A DNA stretch of 64,000 bases from an uncultured bacterium (GTDB lineage: Bacteria; Babelota; Babeliae; Babelales; Babelaceae), in assembly GCA_963717435.1 (NCBI GenBank), contig OY970332.1, positions 320,001 to 384,000 of the forward strand, in the 5' to 3' direction. Made by a program: the position numbers and the translations under genes. Numbering within the stretch: position 1 is the stretch's first letter; every line of letters starts with the position of its first letter. Shown here in pieces: positions 58,589 through 64,000 of the stretch. Under the pieces are notes generated by a model, which did no database searches, was not told where the DNA came from, and saw nothing but the letters and a program-made list of their open reading frames with translations.

Positions 58589-61256
58589 AAAAATTATTAT
58601 AAACTTTTCGCACGATAAGTTTTCGTATCTCCTCAAAAATTAAAATAGAAGAAGAGACGCACAGAATCTGTACCCATGCAAATAAACTTAATGGCACGGT
58701 TTTAAATATGTATTGCAAGAATGGCACAGTTGTAACCAGAACTTGTAAAATCAAAACAAAGCCGGTTGCAAGAACCAACCAGAAATTTGAAAACAAACCA
58801 ATTTGAAATAGTGATAAATTTTCTGAGCGACAGTTCCACGCATTGAACCACTGGAACATTGCCATACAGACAAGTGTCATAGTACGAGCAGCAGCCATAT
58901 CGACGCAACAGTATTGGTCAAATAAATAAATTGAGCCTACCGCCATTGGAATCGACATATAGGCAACTTTTAGCATTAGCATAGGATCGATCAAACCCTT
59001 TTTTAAAGACTCGCGAAGCCAAGATTTTTCTAGCAGCCCTGGTTCAACTGGTTCAGCAGCAAGTGCCAAATCCAGAAAGCCGTCAGTTACTAAATTTAGC
59101 CATAGAATTTGCGCAGCTAAGATTGGGACATCAAGTTTTAATAAGAACGCAAGTAACACGACCAAAACTTCGCCAAAATTTGTGGCAAAAAAGTATAATA
59201 CAACGCGTCTTAGAGTGTAAAAAATATGGCGCCCCTGTTCGATAGCACTCAAAACAGTTGAAAGTTTATCATCAAGAAGTATTAAATCTGAAGCTTGTTT
59301 TGCAACTTCTGTGCCAATTTGCCCCATCGCAATACCCAAATCAGCAGCAACCAACGGCGGTGCATCATTTACACCATCACCGATCATGGCAACCGTTTTT
59401 CCGGAACATTTTAAGAGTTCTATAATTTTAAGTTTTTGAGCAGGCGTTACTCGCGCAAACACTTTTATGTTATTTATTTTTTTGAAAAATTCTTGATCCG
59501 AAAATTTTTCAAACTGTTCTCCAGTTATCACTTCTTGGCCAGGTTTTAATATTCCAACAGATTGCGCAACGAATCTTGCAGTCTCTTGATGATCTCCTGT
59601 GATCATAACAAAATCTACGCCCGCTTTATTTGCTTTTGAAATTACACTTGCTACATCTTCTCTGATTGCATCTTGCAGGCCAATTAGTGCATCAAATTCA
59701 AAATTGCCAAAACTTTCACGAATAATTTTATCCCAGTTAAGATCGACACCAGGCGTGCTTACTTGCGCACATGCGACAACACGCAGGCCACTTTGTAAAT
59801 AATTTTCTAAGTTAGCTTGAATTAACTCTTTAGAATTATTTTTATTATTAACAATATTTAGTATCGCCTCAGGAGCGCCAAGAGCAAATATTTTATAACT
59901 CAAATCGGGAAGTTGAAAAACAGATATGTGTAATCGAGTTTGTGTGTTAAATGGTATATCAAAAACTTTTTTGTAATTATTTAAATTATTTTTATCGGCA
60001 ATTTTTTTCGCAAAGACGCCAATCGATACTTCTATCGGGTCACCCTTAACATGATAGTTTTTAGTTTTTGGGTCCTGCCAAATCTCAGACGAATTCATTA
60101 AATCTAAATAATCTTTAATTTCATAAAGTTTTTTATGCGTAGAATAATCTGTAACTTTTTTATCATCAAACAAAATGTCGCCGTTTTCAGAATAGCCGTA
60201 ACCAGTTACTACGTAATTTTTGTTATCAGCAAAAACTGCATGAACCATCATTTCGTTTCTTGTTAGAGTACCGGTTTTATCAACGACAATTATTTCAGTG
60301 CGCCCTAATGCTTCAACCGCCTGCAAGCGCTTTACAAGAACATTTTCTTTGGCCATTTTATATGCACCGGAAACCAAGATAACAGTAAACACTACAGGCA
60401 GCCCTTCTGGGACAACACAAATAAACAGTGCTGTTAACATGACTAATAAATCACTAAAAGTTTTGCCCTGCAATAAACCAATAATTAATAAACCAAAACA
60501 GATTACTATTATAGATATCAAAACCCAATGCGAAAGCTTATCAAGCTCTCGTTTAAGTGGCATATCGGTTTCTATTGATTCTGATATTTGTTGAATTTTG
60601 CCGATCTCACAGTTTTTTCCTGTAGCGGTCACGAGCATCTTGGCATTACCGTTTAGTATATATGTCCCCTTAAAGGCCATATTATCTTGATCAAGAATAG
60701 ATTGTTCTTGCAAAGTTTGCGATGCAACAGATTTTTTTTCAACACCGATAGATTCGCCCGTCAAAATAGATTGATCAACAATAAGTCTATAAACTTCGAC
60801 GATTCTGCCGTCTGCTGGAATCTGCTCCCCCTCTTTTAAGATTACTATATCGCCAGGAACCAACTCAGAAGTATTAATTATAATTTTTTCTGAATTTCTT
60901 ATAACCGTGCTGGTTTCGGGCACAAAGTTTTTTAAACTTTCTAAGATTTTTCTTGTGCGCCCCTCTTGAAATGTGCCAACTATTGCGTTAAAAGTTAAAA
61001 CACCAGAGATTATAAATGCATCGAGCCGCTCGCCCATAAAAAAAATTATTGCTGCTGCAGTAAGTAGTATATAAATAAGTGGATTGGCGAACTGATTTAG
61101 AAAAATAATATAAAACGGCTCAGGACATTCTTGTTCTATTTTATTACAACCAAACTTATTTACACGCGACTGAACTTCTTGGTCAGTTAATCCGGTAATA
61201 ATATTTGTATTAAATTTTTTTTCCAACTCTTCTACAGTTTGGTTATATGGCTTCAT
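58587..61256 (-). CDS. cation-transporting P-type ATPase (type IIA, Ca2+-like)
   Basis: LTGES, VPEGL, DKTGTLT, TGD, GDGVND, WLNLVTDG. Confidence 0.95.
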   Translation of the reverse strand: MKPYNQTVEELEKKFNTNIITGLTDQEVQSRVNKFGCNKIEQECPEPFYIIFLNQFANPLIYILLTAAAIIFFMGERLDAFIISGVLTFNAIVGTFQEGRTRKILESLKNFVPETSTVIRNSEKIIINTSELVPGDIVILKEGEQIPADGRIVEVYRLIVDQSILTGESIGVEKKSVASQTLQEQSILDQDNMAFKGTYILNGNAKMLVTATGKNCEIGKIQQISESIETDMPLKRELDKLSHWVLISIIVICFGLLIIGLLQGKTFSDLLVMLTALFICVVPEGLPVVFTVILVSGAYKMAKENVLVKRLQAVEALGRTEIIVVDKTGTLTRNEMMVHAVFADNKNYVVTGYGYSENGDILFDDKKVTDYSTHKKLYEIKDYLDLMNSSEIWQDPKTKNYHVKGDPIEVSIGVFAKKIADKNNLNNYKKVFDIPFNTQTRLHISVFQLPDLSYKIFALGAPEAILNIVNNKNNSKELIQANLENYLQSGLRVVACAQVSTPGVDLNWDKIIRESFGNFEFDALIGLQDAIREDVASVISKANKAGVDFVMITGDHQETARFVAQSVGILKPGQEVITGEQFEKFSDQEFFKKINNIKVFARVTPAQKLKIIELLKCSGKTVAMIGDGVNDAPPLVAADLGIAMGQIGTEVAKQASDLILLDDKLSTVLSAIEQGRHIFYTLRRVVLYFFATNFGEVLVVLLAFLLKLDVPILAAQILWLNLVTDGFLDLALAAEPVEPGLLEKSWLRESLKKGLIDPMLMLKVAYMSIPMAVGSIYLFDQYCCVDMAAARTMTLVCMAMFQWFNAWNCRSENLSLFQIGLFSNFWLVLATGFVLILQVLVTTVPFLQYIFKTVPLSLFAWVQILCVSSSILIFEEIRKLIVRKVYNNF

Positions 61257-61289
61257 ATAAATAGAATCCCAATTTAAATTAATTTTTTA

Positions 61290-61772
61290 TTATTTCGAAT
61301 CTGTTTTTTTATAACCCATAGGCTTAAATTTAGCGTACAGTCCTGGATCTGTACCCACAAACATCGTTATTAGTTTATGAAACAGCGTGCGCTGTTCTTT
61401 ATTTGCTGAATTATGATTATGACACTCGACTAGATATTGCAAAAGCTTTTTGTTATTTACAACAAAATTTGTGTCAGCCCCAGACACTACCAATAAGTCT
61501 ATTGTTTTAACATCTTCAGGAAAAATATTTTTTTCTTTATGAACCTGCATAATTTTGCAAGCAAGAGGGGTAAGATCGCAGTTTAGCTCTTGATCAAAAA
61601 TACGTGCATTTATATTGTTTCTGTCTAATTTATCATCAAGTTCGTCATAATTTTTTTTTACTAAATCAAAAAGTTTTTTTGATTCAGAATTCTCCATGCA
61701 AGCTATATAACTGGAAAAACTTAACAACATAAACGACAAAAAATATAATTTTTTATTTAATTTTTTATTCAT
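61290..61772 (-). CDS. secreted protein with degenerate ankyrin-like motif
   Basis: signal peptide; INAR...TPL...LLVVSGADTN. Confidence 0.6.
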   Translation of the reverse strand: MNKKLNKKLYFLSFMLLSFSSYIACMENSESKKLFDLVKKNYDELDDKLDRNNINARIFDQELNCDLTPLACKIMQVHKEKNIFPEDVKTIDLLVVSGADTNFVVNNKKLLQYLVECHNHNSANKEQRTLFHKLITMFVGTDPGLYAKFKPMGYKKTDSK

Positions 61773-61845
61773 GATAATTTTTAGATAAATTCAGGGTTTA
61801 ATTACTTTTAAATAATTTTGCCAAAAGTTTAGATTTATAGCCACA

Positions 61846-61880
61846 AAAAAATAGTGGGCAGATTTACTGCCCACTATTTT
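61846..61880 (-). terminator. intrinsic terminator after rpsA-ndk
   Basis: AAAATAGTGGGCAG-attta-CTGCCCACTATTTT. Confidence 0.85.
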
Positions 61881-61902
61881 AAATTTCACTCAAACGCTGT
61901 AA

Positions 61903-62307
61903 TTACAGTGATTGAAAAAAACTAATTTCTTGTTTAGCTGTATCTTGAGCATCAGAGCCGTGAAAGCCATTAATGCCCATAGATTGTCCAAACATTTTTC
62001 TCAAAGTTCCAATAGCAGCTTTGGCAGGATTGGTGGCTCCGATAAGATCGCGCCATTCTTGAACAGCGTTTTCTTTTTCAAGAACCATAACAACCACAGG
62101 ACCAGAAGTCATGTATTCAACTAACTCACCAAAAAATGGCTTGTCTTTGTGAATGGCATAAAATTCTTGCGCCTGTTTTTGCGTAAGTTGCAACTTAGAA
62201 ATCTTAGAAATATTAAACTTATTAAGTTCAATAAGCTCTACAACTGAACCGGTTCTGCCAGCAGTTACCAAGTCAGGCTTAATTATAGCTAGTGTTTTTT
62301 CTAACAT
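61903..62307 (-). CDS. ndk: nucleoside diphosphate kinase
   Basis: TLAIIKPD, MTSGP, GATNP, NGFHGSD. Confidence 0.97.
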   Translation of the reverse strand: MLEKTLAIIKPDLVTAGRTGSVVELIELNKFNISKISKLQLTQKQAQEFYAIHKDKPFFGELVEYMTSGPVVVMVLEKENAVQEWRDLIGATNPAKAAIGTLRKMFGQSMGINGFHGSDAQDTAKQEISFFQSL

Positions 62308-62309
62308 AA

Positions 62310-64000
62310 TTATTCACCTTCCCCAGACTTCTTTGCAGCAGCATGTTTTTCCAATGCCAATTGCAACTGTGACTTACCCTTAGAAGAAGAACTTGTTTGT
62401 TGAACTTGTTGTTGCTCTTCACGTTTTTCTTTGCGAGGAGCTGCAGTTTTTTCCAACAACTGAACTTTTTTGGTTGGACGACCCTCTTTCTTTTCAGAAT
62501 GGGTTTCTTCAGTCTTCAAGCTTAAGCCAAGTTTATGATCTTCTTGGTTAACTTTGATAACTTTGAATGTCGCTTTTTGACCAACTTTGATAACGTCTTC
62601 AACTTTTTCTACGTTATTACCAGAAAGTTCTGATATATGAACAAGACCTTCGATTCCAGATGGAAGCTTAATGAACGCACCAAAATTTGTAATCTTGGAA
62701 ACTTCACCTTCAACCAATGAACCCAATGGATATTGTTTTTCAATATCTTCCCAAGGATTTTGTGAAAGCTGCTTGATGCCAAGAGATATTTTCTTGCTTT
62801 GTTTGTTAACACCAATAACAACAGCTTCAACCTCATCGCCCTTTTTGTATCTGTCAGCTGGATGCTCAACATGTTCTGTCCATGAAAGATCAGATATGTG
62901 GACCAAGCCGTCGATACCAGGAGCTAGTTGAACAAATATACCAAAGTCTGTGATATTGCTAATTTTGCCCTTGATTTTTGTTCCAACTGGGAATTGTTCT
63001 TCAATCGCATCCCAAGGATTCTTTTCAAGTTGCTTAACAGATAGTGACATTCTTCTGTTTTCTTTATCAAGAGAAACAACAACAACGTCTATCTTGTCGC
63101 CAACTTTGTAGAATTTATGCAGATCAGAGATTCTATCTGTCCAAGAAATTTCTGAGATATGAACAAGACCTTCAACACCTTTATCAACTTCAACAAATAG
63201 GCCGTAGTCAGTGATACTTGAAATAGTACCAGTGATTTTTGCGCCAACTTGAACTTCAGGACGCATAGCTTCCCAAGGATTTGATTCTAGTTGTTTTAAG
63301 CCTAGAGATATTTTCTCATTGTTCTTGTCAAAAGAAAGAACTTTGACTGCGATATTATCGCCAATTTTTACTAATTCACTAGGGTGTGAAATTCTACCCC
63401 ATGTCATGTCGGTGATATGCAACAAGCCGTCAACTCCACCGATGTCGATAAATACACCATAGTTGGTGATATTTTTAACGATACCCTGAATAACTTGACC
63501 AACTTGCAATACATCAAGAACTTTCTTACGAACTTCAGATTTTTGTTCGTTAAGATATTTACGACGTGAAATTATAACGTTGCCACGTTTTTGATTTACT
63601 TTAATAATATGAGCTGTAATGGTTTGACCAACAAATTGATCGAAATCCATAACTCTTTGTGTATCAACTTGAGAACCAGGCAAGAATGCAGGAATTCCAA
63701 TATCAACACTAAGGCCGCCCTTAACCTTATGGGTAACAACACCTTCAACAGGTTTGCCTTCTTTATGCAACTTCATGATTGCATCCCAAGCTTTTAGAGC
63801 CTTGGCTTTTTCATAAGATAGGGCTACTGTTCCATCAGCTGTTTCTAATTCATCAAGAATTACTTCAACTTCTGAACCTTTAAGTAGTTTTTTTAATTCA
63901 AATTCAGAAAACTCATAAAGTGGAATTAGTCCCTCAGATTTGAAATTAATGTCGACCAAAACACCTTCTGGTTGGACACTAATAACTTTACCTTGGATCA
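62310..64000 (-). CDS. rpsA: 30S ribosomal protein S1 (5' end outside window)
   Basis: repeated S1 domains (GLLHITDM, GLVHISE), AFLPGSQ; frame open to the window edge. Confidence 0.97.
   Translation of the reverse strand, partial: IQGKVISVQPEGVLVDINFKSEGLIPLYEFSEFELKKLLKGSEVEVILDELETADGTVALSYEKAKALKAWDAIMKLHKEGKPVEGVVTHKVKGGLSVDIGIPAFLPGSQVDTQRVMDFDQFVGQTITAHIIKVNQKRGNVIISRRKYLNEQKSEVRKKVLDVLQVGQVIQGIVKNITNYGVFIDIGGVDGLLHITDMTWGRISHPSELVKIGDNIAVKVLSFDKNNEKISLGLKQLESNPWEAMRPEVQVGAKITGTISSITDYGLFVEVDKGVEGLVHISEISWTDRISDLHKFYKVGDKIDVVVVSLDKENRRMSLSVKQLEKNPWDAIEEQFPVGTKIKGKISNITDFGIFVQLAPGIDGLVHISDLSWTEHVEHPADRYKKGDEVEAVVIGVNKQSKKISLGIKQLSQNPWEDIEKQYPLGSLVEGEVSKITNFGAFIKLPSGIEGLVHISELSGNNVEKVEDVIKVGQKATFKVIKVNQEDHKLGLSLKTEETHSEKKEGRPTKKVQLLEKTAAPRKEKREEQQQVQQTSSSSKGKSQLQLALEKHAAAKKSGEGE

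Noticed and set aside
62310-64000. Internal repeats in rpsA
   Set aside because: Ordinary S1 domain repeats.

Overview
AT-rich bacterial chromosome segment. The gene content suggests a protist-associated intracellular bacterium, probably Dependentiae/Babelota (TM6); this is an inference. Housekeeping genes include radA, ogg, tdk, thyX, trmH, rpmA, secF, rho, tsaD, smpB, ssrA, alaS, pth, skp, ndk and rpsA. The window also holds a cluster of signal-peptide-bearing glycosyltransferase-like genes (including an ABO-like GT6), a partial type II secretion pseudopilin operon (gspF-G-H-I-J-K) followed by an MCE/MlaD gene, and many orphan secreted effector-like proteins. An accessory islet downstream of tmRNA carries an intact IS481-like element and an ~82-bp direct repeat. 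The most striking signal is a family of at least nine GC-rich, structured palindromic elements (CCGCTCGYNCYGAGTG-[variable hairpin]-WGTATCGARGNR) with compensatory base changes and a second hairpin module nested inside. Six copies lie in or overlap coding sequence, two of them inside the cleaved leader peptides of pseudopilins GspH and GspJ. No candidate mobilising enzyme is visible in the window. Two small genes missed by the ORF track (DinJ-like, DUF1328-like) were found by manual translation.
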